This document shows positions 16,861 through 24,551 of a DNA stretch of 44,917 nucleotides, piece by piece (the first letter of the stretch is position 1; each line of letters opens with the position of its first letter). Below the pieces are notes generated by a model. The model searched no databases, had not been told where the DNA came from, and was given only the letters and a program-made list of their open reading frames with translations. The position numbers were made by a program, and so were the translations under genes. This DNA comes from an uncultured Eubacteriales bacterium (GTDB lineage: Bacteria > Bacillota > Clostridia > Christensenellales > CAG-138): assembly GCA_902790115.1 (NCBI GenBank), contig CADAQS010000003.1:1-44917 (forward strand). The letters are read 5' to 3'.

Positions 16861-16889
16861 TTGCAATTTACCTTTGCGTATGGTATATT
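16861..16889 (+). promoter_or_regulatory. Candidate rpsF-ssb-rpsR promoter
   Basis: TTGCAA, 17-nt spacer, TGg-TATATT. Confidence 0.65.
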
Positions 16890-16956
16890 GTATCGGCTAA
16901 CGGTCCTTCTTGCTTTCCGTAGGGGAAGGCCAACAGACCATAAGGAGGTGAAAAAC

Positions 16957-17244
16957 ATGAATCAGTACGAAGTTTTGTACGTGATCACGCCCGAATTGGA
17001 AGAGGAAGCAAATCAGTCCGTTCAGGAGAAGTTTGCGAACATCATCACCGATAACGGCGGCGAGATCGAAAAAACGGATGTATGGGGCAAGCGTCGCTTG
17101 GCTTACGCAATCGACTACAAGACCGAGGGTTTCTACGTTCTCGTGAACTTCTCCGCGAACCCGGAACTCCCGCGCGAACTCGAGCGTAATCTGAGAAACG
17201 ATGAGCGCATCATGCGTTACATGGTTACTCGTAAGGAAGCATAA
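16957..17244 (+). CDS. rpsF: 30S ribosomal protein S6
   Basis: Starts MNQYEVLYVITPELEEE..WGKRRLAY. RBS AAGGAGGTG. Confidence 0.95.
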   Translation: MNQYEVLYVITPELEEEANQSVQEKFANIITDNGGEIEKTDVWGKRRLAYAIDYKTEGFYVLVNFSANPELPRELERNLRNDERIMRYMVTRKEA

Positions 17245-17283
17245 TCAACCAAATCGGCACGAAAGAATGGGAGGAACGATAGA

Positions 17284-17712
17284 ATGAATAAGATTACGTT
17301 GATTGGAAACCTGACACACGATCCGGAAACGCGCACCACGCCGAACGGCGTGACCGTATGCACGTTCACGATCGCCGTAAACCGCAGATTTGCTTCGCAG
17401 GGCGGCGAGCGGCAGACCGACTTTTTCCGCATCAATGCCTGGCGTCAGCTGGGCGACACCTGCGCAAGATACCTTGCAAAGGGACGTAAGGTTGCGGTCA
17501 TCGGCGAGCTGCAGGCGCGCATGTATGAAGCGAAAGACGGAACGTCACGGATGTCGCTCGACGTTTCGGCCGACGAAGTCGAATTCCTGAGCCCGCGCGG
17601 TGACGACAGCGGCAACAGCAGCAGCGGTTATTCCGCGCCGCGTCCGCAGAACAACAATGCGCAGGATCTTGCCGGCTTCACCGACATCAACGCCGACGAA
17701 TTACCTTTCTAA
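17284..17712 (+). CDS. ssb: Single-stranded DNA-binding protein
   Basis: Starts MNKITLIGNLTHDPETRTTPNGVTVCTFTIAVNR; acidic tail ..DELPF. Confidence 0.95.
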   Translation: MNKITLIGNLTHDPETRTTPNGVTVCTFTIAVNRRFASQGGERQTDFFRINAWRQLGDTCARYLAKGRKVAVIGELQARMYEAKDGTSRMSLDVSADEVEFLSPRGDDSGNSSSGYSAPRPQNNNAQDLAGFTDINADELPF

Positions 17713-17738
17713 GTTAAAATTTACAGGAGGCTTGCACC

Positions 17739-17984
17739 ATGGAAGATCGTAAACAACTGCGTCCCCGCCGTCCGCGGAGCAGACGTAAAGTTTGCCGTTT
17801 CTGCGTTGAAAAGGCCACATCCATCGATTATAAAGACATTCGCAAACTGCAGGGCTTTGTTACCGAATCCGGTAAGATCATGCCCCGCCGCATGTCCGGT
17901 GTGTGTGCCGAGCATCAGCGCGACCTGGCCGTCGCCATCAAGCGCGCACGCGTCATGGCTCTGCTGCCGTATTGCGCAGAATAA
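17739..17984 (+). CDS. rpsR: 30S ribosomal protein S18
   Basis: ..[13 protein letters not shown]...L..F..E.GKI.PRR..G.CA.HQR.L..AIKRAR..ALLPY. Confidence 0.95.
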   Translation: MEDRKQLRPRRPRSRRKVCRFCVEKATSIDYKDIRKLQGFVTESGKIMPRRMSGVCAEHQRDLAVAIKRARVMALLPYCAE

Positions 17985-18023
17985 GCATTTTTTGAACAAC
18001 CGTAACACCTGACCGATTAGCAC

Positions 18024-18055
18024 GGGGTTCCCGAACCGGGAGCCTCGTTTTTTAT
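18024..18055 (+). terminator. Intrinsic terminator after rpsR
   Basis: GGTTCCCG / CGGGAGCC stem followed by TCGTTTTTT. Confidence 0.7.
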
Positions 18056-18088
18056 GCGCCGTAAAAGGCGGCTGCGCGCCGAAAATAC

Positions 18089-18117
18089 TTGCTTTTATCG
18101 ACGAAAAAAGATATAGT
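18089..18117 (+). promoter_or_regulatory. Candidate mrnC promoter abutting the start codon
   Basis: TTGCTT, 17-nt spacer, TATAGT, then 8 nt and ATG 18126. No Shine-Dalgarno sequence. Confidence 0.5.
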
Positions 18118-18125
18118 AATTGTGT

Positions 18126-18542
18126 ATGGACATGAAAGAACAGATTGCAGCTGCGCTGGACGTTTCCGGCGCGGATCCCAAAACACTTCCGGCGCTGACG
18201 CTGGCATACCTCGGCGATACGATTTATGATCTGTATGCGAGAACGCTGTTGGCGTTCGGGGTGGACGGCACGGTGCATGCGCTGCATCTTGAGAGCACGA
18301 AGCTCGTCTGCGCCAAAGGTCAGGCGGAGGCGTTTTTCCGCATCCTGCCGATGCTGGACGAGGAGGAACTTGCGGCTTTTCGGCGCGGACGCAATGCGCA
18401 CAGCGCGACGGTACCCAAAAACGCAAACGTGCAGGATTACCGCACGGCGACCGGGTTTGAAGCGCTGCTCGGATACCTGTACTGTCTCGGACGCGACGCG
18501 CGGATCGGGGAACTCATGAACAAAGCTTTGCGGAAGGAGTAA
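18126..18542 (+). CDS. mrnC: Mini-ribonuclease 3
   Basis: LAYLGDTIYDLYAR.. and ..TGFEALLGYLY motifs; positioned directly upstream of rlmB-sigH, as in Bacillus yazC-yacO. Confidence 0.85.
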   Translation: MDMKEQIAAALDVSGADPKTLPALTLAYLGDTIYDLYARTLLAFGVDGTVHALHLESTKLVCAKGQAEAFFRILPMLDEEELAAFRRGRNAHSATVPKNANVQDYRTATGFEALLGYLYCLGRDARIGELMNKALRKE

Positions 18543-18545
18543 GAT

Positions 18546-19685
18546 ATGGCATTTTCGGGACGATACGGCAACCGGTCGGGCAAGAGCTTTGACGGAAACG
18601 AAACGCGGGGCGAATCGCATGGTTACGGCGAACGTTCCTATGGTAATAAAAAGGACGGACAGCGTTCCTACGGGCAGCGCGACGGACAGGGCAAGAAACC
18701 CTACGGCGGGCGGAAAAACTACGGCGAGCGCGACGGCTATTCCGGAAACGACGGCGAACGCAAATCCTACGGCGAGCGCGACAATTCGGGGAAAAAGTCC
18801 TATGGCGAACGCGACGGATACCAAAGGAATGACGGCGAGCGTAAGCCCTATAACCGCCGCTTTGACGACCGGCAGCGTGAGGCGGCGCCGGCGTATTCGC
18901 AGCGGCAGGAGCCGGTGCAGACGGAGACCGACGAGCAGCCGTACCTGCTGATCGGACGCAACGCCGTGCGCGAGGCGGTTAAGGCGGAACGCAGCATCGA
19001 CCGCATCCTCGTTTCGACCGAGACCGACGGGAGTCTTCGGGAGATTGTGAACCTTGCGCGGGACCGCAAAATCGTGATCCGCGAGGTCGATCGCAAGAAG
19101 CTCGACGAGATCTGCATGCCGTTCGGACACGGCGGCAAGACCGCAAACCATCAGGGCATCGTAGCGTATGCGGCAGGTGTGGAATACTGCTCGGTGCAGG
19201 AGATTCTGGACGTTGCTAAAGCGCGCGGCGAGGAGCCGTTTGTGATCGTGCTCGACGGGATCGAGGATCCGCACAACCTCGGTTCGATCATCCGCAGCGC
19301 GGAGTGCGCGGGCGCACACGGCGTCGTGATCGGCAAGCGCCGCAGCGCGTCGGTGACGGCGGCGGCGGTCAAGGCGGGCGCGGGCGCGACCGAATACATG
19401 AAGATCGCGCGCGTCGTCAACATTCACGGCGCGGTCGAGGAATTGAAAAAAGCCGGCCTGTGGATCGCCGGCGCGGACATGAATGGGCAGCCGATGCACC
19501 GGCAGAACATGAGCGGGGCATTGGCGCTCGTGATCGGCAGCGAGGGCGACGGACTGTCGAAGCTCGTGCGCGAAAGCTGCGATTTCCTCGTTTCGATTCC
19601 GATGCGGGGACATATCGACTCGCTGAACGCGGGCGTTGCGGCGGGCATCCTGATGTTTGAAAAGCGCAGACAGGACGAGGCGTAA
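18546..19685 (+). CDS. rlmB: 23S rRNA (guanosine-2'-O)-methyltransferase RlmB (SpoU/TrmH family) with a ~125-aa repetitive N-terminal extension
   Basis: C-terminal SpoU motifs (LDGIEDPHNLGSIIRSA, LVIGSEGDGLS, IPMRGHIDSLNAGVAAGILMFE). The N-terminus consists of YGERD / KSYG repeats. RBS GGAAGGAG. Confidence 0.88.
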   Translation: MAFSGRYGNRSGKSFDGNETRGESHGYGERSYGNKKDGQRSYGQRDGQGKKPYGGRKNYGERDGYSGNDGERKSYGERDNSGKKSYGERDGYQRNDGERKPYNRRFDDRQREAAPAYSQRQEPVQTETDEQPYLLIGRNAVREAVKAERSIDRILVSTETDGSLREIVNLARDRKIVIREVDRKKLDEICMPFGHGGKTANHQGIVAYAAGVEYCSVQEILDVAKARGEEPFVIVLDGIEDPHNLGSIIRSAECAGAHGVVIGKRRSASVTAAAVKAGAGATEYMKIARVVNIHGAVEELKKAGLWIAGADMNGQPMHRQNMSGALALVIGSEGDGLSKLVRESCDFLVSIPMRGHIDSLNAGVAAGILMFEKRRQDEA

Positions 19686-19688
19686 CCG

Positions 19689-20300
19689 ATGGAAACGCGA
19701 CCGAGCGACGAACAGCTGATCGAGCAGCTGCGGGCAGGCGACGCGGATGCGGAGCGGATGCTGTACGAGCGGTACAAGCAGACGGTCCGTTCGCGCGCGC
19801 ATACCTATTTTCTGATCGGCGCCGACCATGAGGATTTGGTGCAGGAGGGCATGATCGGACTGTACAAGGCGGTCTGCGAATACGATCCCAACAAGGCGGC
19901 GTCGTTCCACAGCTTTGCGGATCTTTGCATCACGCGGCAAATTCTGACCGCGATCAAGCGCGCCACGCGCAAAAAGCACGGGCCGCTGAACACCTATGTT
20001 TCGCTGAATCAGCCGAAGTTTGAGCGCGAGAACGATCAGACGCTGTTCGATACGGTGCAGAACCTGCGGGTCGTCGATCCGGAGGAGCAGCTGATCGGCC
20101 GCGAGGAGTATGACCGCATCCTGTCCTATCTCAAGGAGAATCTGTCCTCGATGGAGCAGACGGTGCTGGGAATGTATCTGAACGGGTTTTCCTACCAGCA
20201 GATCGCCCAAAAGCTCGATCGCACGCCGAAGTCGATCGACAACGCGATTCAGCGCGTCAAACGCAAGCTGGAAACTTTCCGGGAAGCGAATATGTTCTGA
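19689..20300 (+). CDS. sigH: Sporulation sigma factor SigH (Spo0H)
   Basis: ECF-sized sigma-70 protein with SigH-typical sequence (FLIGADHEDLVQEGMIGLYKAVCEYDP.KAASFHSFADLCITRQILTAIK, YQQIAQKLDRTPKSIDNAIQRVKRKL) and synteny after rlmB. Confidence 0.9.
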   Translation: METRPSDEQLIEQLRAGDADAERMLYERYKQTVRSRAHTYFLIGADHEDLVQEGMIGLYKAVCEYDPNKAASFHSFADLCITRQILTAIKRATRKKHGPLNTYVSLNQPKFERENDQTLFDTVQNLRVVDPEEQLIGREEYDRILSYLKENLSSMEQTVLGMYLNGFSYQQIAQKLDRTPKSIDNAIQRVKRKLETFREANMF

Positions 20301-20313
20301 AAAGGAGGATCAC

Positions 20314-20697
20314 ATGGAACAGTACGAAATCTATGAACCGGCACAGGCGCAGAAGGACGCGGCGGGCAAGGCCGTTCGTTCGCTGGTGTTCGGCATCCTT
20401 TCCGTCGCGCTTTCGGGCGTGTTTGCGATCGTGTTCGGCATTCTTGCCCGTGTGCAGGGCAACGGTTCGGTCCGGATTGCGGAGCAGAACGGTCTGCCGC
20501 GCGACGGCCGCGCAACCGCAGGCAGAATTCTCGGGCTGATCGGCCTGATTATCGGGATCCTTGCGCTCGTCTGGGGCGTGATCCGGCTTGTGATGATCCT
20601 GACCGGACTGACCGCCTCGATTGCATCCGGAAGTCTCGGCGTATTCGAGGAATACTTCCGCGACCTCGGTGAACAGCTGAATTCCGTTCTGAACTGA
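20314..20697 (+). CDS. Small membrane protein (DUF4190-like, two TM pairs)
   Basis: RBS AAAAGGAGG; hydrophobic segments LVFGILSVALSGVFAIVFGILA and ILGLIGLIIGILALVWGVIRLVMIL. Confidence 0.6.
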   Translation: MEQYEIYEPAQAQKDAAGKAVRSLVFGILSVALSGVFAIVFGILARVQGNGSVRIAEQNGLPRDGRATAGRILGLIGLIIGILALVWGVIRLVMILTGLTASIASGSLGVFEEYFRDLGEQLNSVLN

Positions 20698-20698
20698 T

Positions 20699-21367
20699 AT
20701 GACAGCGATCGAAGCCATCCGGGCGCGCCATTCGGTGCGCGCCTATACCGATAAACCGATTCCGCAGGAGATCCGAAAGGCGCTTTGCGAGCGGGCGGAC
20801 GCGCTGAACCGCGAAGGCGGCCTTCACCTGCAGCTCGTGTTTGACGAGCCGCACGCGTTTTCGGGGATCATGGCGCACTACGGCCGTTTTTCGGGCGTAA
20901 CGAACTACATCGCCGTGATCGGAAAGGATTCGGACGATCTTGCGTTTCGCGCAGGATACTGCGGCGAACAGCTGGTGCTGCTTTCGCAGCAGCTCGGGCT
21001 GAACACCTGCTGGGTCGCGCTGACATTTCGCAAGACGAAATCGGCGTACACGCTCGGACCGGGTGAAAAGCTCGTCTGCGTGATCGCGCTCGGCTACGGC
21101 GCGACGCAGGGAACGCCGCACCACAGCAAAGCGATCTCAGAGATCAGCGATTGCGGCGAAGATACGCCAGACTGGTATCAAAACGGCGTCGAAGCCGCGC
21201 TGCTTGCGCCGACCGCCGTGAATCAGCAAAAGTTCCGGCTTACGCGAAACGGAAACCGGGTGACGCTTCGTGCCGGGAAAGGCCCGTATGCGGCGCTTGA
21301 TCTCGGCATCGTGCGGCTGCATTTCGAGATCGGCGCGGGTAAGGACGCGTTCGAATGGGCAGACTGA
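20699..21367 (+). CDS. Nitroreductase family protein
   Basis: The ARHSVRAYTDKPIP N-terminal motif and nitroreductase fold pattern. The start lies 1 nt after the upstream stop. Confidence 0.8.
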   Translation: MTAIEAIRARHSVRAYTDKPIPQEIRKALCERADALNREGGLHLQLVFDEPHAFSGIMAHYGRFSGVTNYIAVIGKDSDDLAFRAGYCGEQLVLLSQQLGLNTCWVALTFRKTKSAYTLGPGEKLVCVIALGYGATQGTPHHSKAISEISDCGEDTPDWYQNGVEAALLAPTAVNQQKFRLTRNGNRVTLRAGKGPYAALDLGIVRLHFEIGAGKDAFEWAD

Positions 21368-21387
21368 AACAAAAAAGGAGTTTTGAT

Positions 21388-21900
21388 ATGAGAAAGATTT
21401 GGATCTTGCTGCTTGCGGCGCTGCTGCTCGGCTGCACAAAAACGCCTGCGGCAACGGAACCGGAGGCGGCGCAGGAGCCGGAAACCGCGGCAGCGGCGTT
21501 TCGGTTTTCAACCACCGATCTGGACGGCAATCCGGTCGACGAGAGCGTGTTCCAGGGGTATGACCTTGTGATGATCAACTTTTGGGCATACTGGTGCGGC
21601 CCGTGCGTCGCGGAGATGCCGGAGCTCGAACAGCTGCATCAGGCGTATCCGAACGTGCTGCTGCTCGGCGTGATCATCGACGAGACGGATATGGACGAGA
21701 CGCGATCCCTGATCGCACAGACCGGCGTGACCTATCCGGTGCTGTACGCAAAGGGCGATTTGGCGCAGCTCGCGCAGGATATGCAGTATGTGCCGACGAC
21801 CTATTTCCTGTCGCCGGACGGAACGATCCTCGGTGAGCCGGCGGTCGGGAGCAATGATCTGTCGGGCTGGACGGAGATCGTGGAAGGGTATCTGAAATGA
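21388..21900 (+). CDS. TlpA/ResA-like thiol-disulfide oxidoreductase lipoprotein
   Basis: Starts MRKIWILLLAALLLGC (lipobox). Thioredoxin active site FWAYWCGPC. RBS AAAGGAG. Confidence 0.8.
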   Translation: MRKIWILLLAALLLGCTKTPAATEPEAAQEPETAAAAFRFSTTDLDGNPVDESVFQGYDLVMINFWAYWCGPCVAEMPELEQLHQAYPNVLLLGVIIDETDMDETRSLIAQTGVTYPVLYAKGDLAQLAQDMQYVPTTYFLSPDGTILGEPAVGSNDLSGWTEIVEGYLK

Positions 21901-22043
21901 AACGCGCAGGAAGGATCGCCGCGCTTGGCGGCCTGCTGGCGCTCGGCGCAGCGTTTTTGAGCGTCGGCATCGGCAAAGGGCAGATGACCGAGGTGCTGAG
22001 CAAGGCGATCCGCATCTGCCTGGAGTGTATCGGGATCGGATGA
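21897..22043 (+). CDS. 48-aa membrane-anchored CXXC peptide (CD1871A-like); not in the supplied ORF track
   Basis: My own translation: MKRAGRIAALGGLLALGAAFLSVGIGKGQMTEVLSKAIRICLECIGIG. ATGA overlaps at both ends (21897-21900 and 22040-22043) couple it to the flanking genes. Confidence 0.6.
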   Translation: MKRAGRIAALGGLLALGAAFLSVGIGKGQMTEVLSKAIRICLECIGIG

Positions 22044-22900
22044 AACGGAAGAGCGAATGGAAGCGGACGGCTGTTCAGGCGGCATCGCTGCTGCTGCACA
22101 ATGCCAACCTGAAGGGCTTTGTCACGGGAAAAATCTATCAAGGTGACTTGAAACAGGTTTGCGTACCGGGGTTGAACTGTTATTCCTGCCCGGGCGCGAT
22201 CGGCGCGTGCCCGGTCGGCTCGCTGCAGAATGCGCTGCAAAAGAGCAAGCCGTCGTTCCCGTTTTATGTGCTCGGCTTTCTGCTGCTGTTCGGCGCGCTG
22301 CTCGGGCGGTTCGTCTGCGGCTTTCTGTGCCCGTTCGGTTTTGTGCAGGATCTGCTGTATAAGATTCCGTTTTTCAAAAAAATCCGGACGTTTCCCGGCG
22401 AAAAGTACCTGCGCTGGCTGAAATACGTAGTTGCGCTGCTGCTTGTCGTCGCGCTGCCGCTGATCTACACCGGCGTGCCGTATTTCTGCAAGTATCTATG
22501 CCCTGCGGGGACGCTGTTCGGCGCGATCCCGCTGCTTTCGCTCGATCAGCTGCTGTCCGATCAGATCGGTCCGCTGTTTTGGTGGAAGCTGATCGTGCTG
22601 ATCGTCGTCGTTCTGGTGTCGCTGCTGATTTCGCGGCCGTTCTGCCGATATCTCTGCCCGCTCGGCGGGTTTTACGGGCTGTTCAACCGGGTCTCGCTCG
22701 TGCAGCTGAAGCATACCGAAACGAAGTGCGTGCACTGCGATCGGTGTGTTCCGGTCTGCGCGATGGGTATCGATCCGAAGACGCAGTTCGACTCGACGGA
22801 GTGCATCCGCTGCGGCAAGTGCGCGCGCGTCTGCCCAACCGACGCGCTGCGGCTCGGTTTATTGGATCTGAAAAAGAAGAAAGAGGAGCAGACGGCATAA
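22040..22900 (+). CDS. Integral-membrane 4Fe-4S binding protein (NapH/MauN-like polyferredoxin type)
   Basis: Starts MKRKSEWKRT. Contains CYSCPGAIGAC, repeated CxxxCP motifs next to TM helices (CGFLCPFG, CKYLCPAG, CRYLCPLG), and C-terminal CVHCDRCVPVC plus CIRCGKCARVCP. Confidence 0.8.
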   Translation: MKRKSEWKRTAVQAASLLLHNANLKGFVTGKIYQGDLKQVCVPGLNCYSCPGAIGACPVGSLQNALQKSKPSFPFYVLGFLLLFGALLGRFVCGFLCPFGFVQDLLYKIPFFKKIRTFPGEKYLRWLKYVVALLLVVALPLIYTGVPYFCKYLCPAGTLFGAIPLLSLDQLLSDQIGPLFWWKLIVLIVVVLVSLLISRPFCRYLCPLGGFYGLFNRVSLVQLKHTETKCVHCDRCVPVCAMGIDPKTQFDSTECIRCGKCARVCPTDALRLGLLDLKKKKEEQTA

Positions 22901-22916
22901 GGATTGCGACCGAACA

Positions 22917-22948
22917 GAGCAGCCGAAGCGGGCTGCTTTTTTGTTTTT
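22917..22948 (+). terminator. Intrinsic terminator ending the mrnC..4Fe-4S array
   Basis: GAGCAGCC / GGCTGCT stem followed by TTTTTTGTTTTT. Confidence 0.75.
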
Positions 22949-22965
22949 GGAATCTGAACGCAGGA

Positions 22966-22992
22966 AAAAGGAGAAAGCATCGGCTTTCTCCT
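22966..22992 (-). terminator. Intrinsic terminator of the carboxypeptidase gene
   Basis: Minus strand: AGGAGAAAGC-CGAT-GCTTTCTCCT followed by TTTTCC. Confidence 0.65.
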
Positions 22993-23014
22993 CTTCATTA
23001 TTATATAGTTCGTT

Positions 23015-24520
23015 TCAGAGCTGATACAGCTCGGTGTACTTCTTCTCAAGGTAATCGGTGAAGTATTTCGGGTCGAACGGGCCCTCGAATGCCTGCTCCA
23101 TCAGATCTTTCGGGTCGAGGCGGCAGCCGTAGCGGTAGATCCGCTCGGTCAGCCAGTCGATGAGCGGCTGCAGTTTGCCTTCGGAAACGTTGCCCCAGAC
23201 GTCGAGGTCGCGCTCCATCAGCTTGATCAGCTGTGCGCCGTAGGCGCTGCCGACCGCGTAGGACGGGAAGTAGCCGAACAGGCCGCTCGACCAGTGCGAA
23301 TCCTGCAGCACGCCCTGCGTGTCGTTCGGGACGTCGATGCCGAGGTATTCCTTGTACAGCGCGTTCCATGCCGCGGGCAGATCCTTGACCGCAAGCGTGC
23401 CGTTGAACAGCTGCTTTTCCAGCTCGTAGCGCACCATAACGTGCAGCGCGTAGGTCAGCTCGTCCGCCTCGGTGCGGATCAGGCTCGGCTCGGCCTTGTT
23501 GACCGCAAGATAGAATTCATGCGCCGTGACGTCTTTGAGCTGCTCGGGGAACAGTTCACGGAGTTTCGGGAACAGGAACGTGATAAACGGCTCGCTGCGG
23601 CCGATGATGTTTTCAAAGAAGCGGGACTGCGACTCGTGCACGCTCATGCTGACGCCTGAGCCGAGCGGGGAACGCGCGATCTCGTCGGCGATGTTCAATT
23701 CGTAGGTTGCATGGCCGGATTCATGGATCACGCTGTACATCGAATAATGCACGGCATCCTCGTGATAATGCGTCGTGATGCGCACGTCGGCCTTGGTGAA
23801 CTCAGTCGTGAACGGATGCTCGACTTCGCCGCAGACCGTGTGGTCGGGATCCATGCACATGATCCGCATCAGATATTCGGTCAGCTTTTCCTGCTGCGCT
23901 TTCGGATAGAAGCGGTAGAGAAAATCCGTCCGCGGCTCTCTGCCGCAGGTCATGACTCTTTCCAGCAGCGGGACGAGCGCTCCGCGTACCTGCGAAAAGA
24001 ACGCGTCGAGCGTTTCGGTGGTCAGCCCTTTTTCGTACAACCCGAGCAGCGTATCGTAAACCGGCTGATCCGGCTTATAGTAGCGCGCAAAGCGACCGGT
24101 CATCTCAACGAGCTTTTCCAGATGCGGGAGGAACGACGCAAAATCGTTGTTGACTTTGGCCTCGTGCCAGACGCTCGATGCCGCGGTCTGCGCGACCTGA
24201 TATTCGACGTATTCCTCGAGCGGGATGCTGGCGAGGTATTCGCGATCCTCGTTCATGCGCTCGGCCTCGCGGCGCGTGATCGGATCGACGGCGTCGGGAT
24301 TCTGCAGGATCGTTTCCATCGCGGCGACGAAGGCTTCATCGGTCTGCAGCCGGTAGCAGGCTTCGGACAGCGCGCCGAGTGTCTCCCCGACGAGCGGCGC
24401 CGCGCCCTTGGGCATGACGGTTTCCATATCATAGTTCATGACGCCCATCGCGTGGTTGTAGACGCGGAGTTTTTCAAGCTGATCCTTGAACAGCCTGACG
24501 GCGGATTCGATCGATTCCAT
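23015..24520 (-). CDS. M32 family metallocarboxypeptidase (Taq-type)
   Basis: Starts MESIESAVRLFKDQ. Motifs HPF, HESGHATYE (HExxH) and IRTEADE. RBS AAGGAGG. Confidence 0.88.
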   Translation of the reverse strand: MESIESAVRLFKDQLEKLRVYNHAMGVMNYDMETVMPKGAAPLVGETLGALSEACYRLQTDEAFVAAMETILQNPDAVDPITRREAERMNEDREYLASIPLEEYVEYQVAQTAASSVWHEAKVNNDFASFLPHLEKLVEMTGRFARYYKPDQPVYDTLLGLYEKGLTTETLDAFFSQVRGALVPLLERVMTCGREPRTDFLYRFYPKAQQEKLTEYLMRIMCMDPDHTVCGEVEHPFTTEFTKADVRITTHYHEDAVHYSMYSVIHESGHATYELNIADEIARSPLGSGVSMSVHESQSRFFENIIGRSEPFITFLFPKLRELFPEQLKDVTAHEFYLAVNKAEPSLIRTEADELTYALHVMVRYELEKQLFNGTLAVKDLPAAWNALYKEYLGIDVPNDTQGVLQDSHWSSGLFGYFPSYAVGSAYGAQLIKLMERDLDVWGNVSEGKLQPLIDWLTERIYRYGCRLDPKDLMEQAFEGPFDPKYFTDYLEKKYTELYQL

Positions 24521-24551
24521 TCTGTATGCCTCCTTGTTGCTGATCTTCTTT

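Noticed and set aside
17721-20210. 829-aa minus-strand ORF, plus similar long ORFs at 1114..2397(+), 7377..9047(+), 9871..11331(-), 8963..9994(-), 24577..26052(-), 25703..26896(-), 33060..34274(-), 34981..36108(-), 36448..37539(-), 37966..39864(-), 43006..44409(-), 4083..5267(+), 5069..5986(+), 32065..33087(+) and 20549..21124(-)
   Set aside because: All lie antisense to, or out of frame with, genes that have strong motif support. Their translations are Arg/Ala/Pro/Gly-rich low-complexity strings typical of stop-poor alternative frames in GC-rich DNA. None has a convincing RBS or a recognisable domain.
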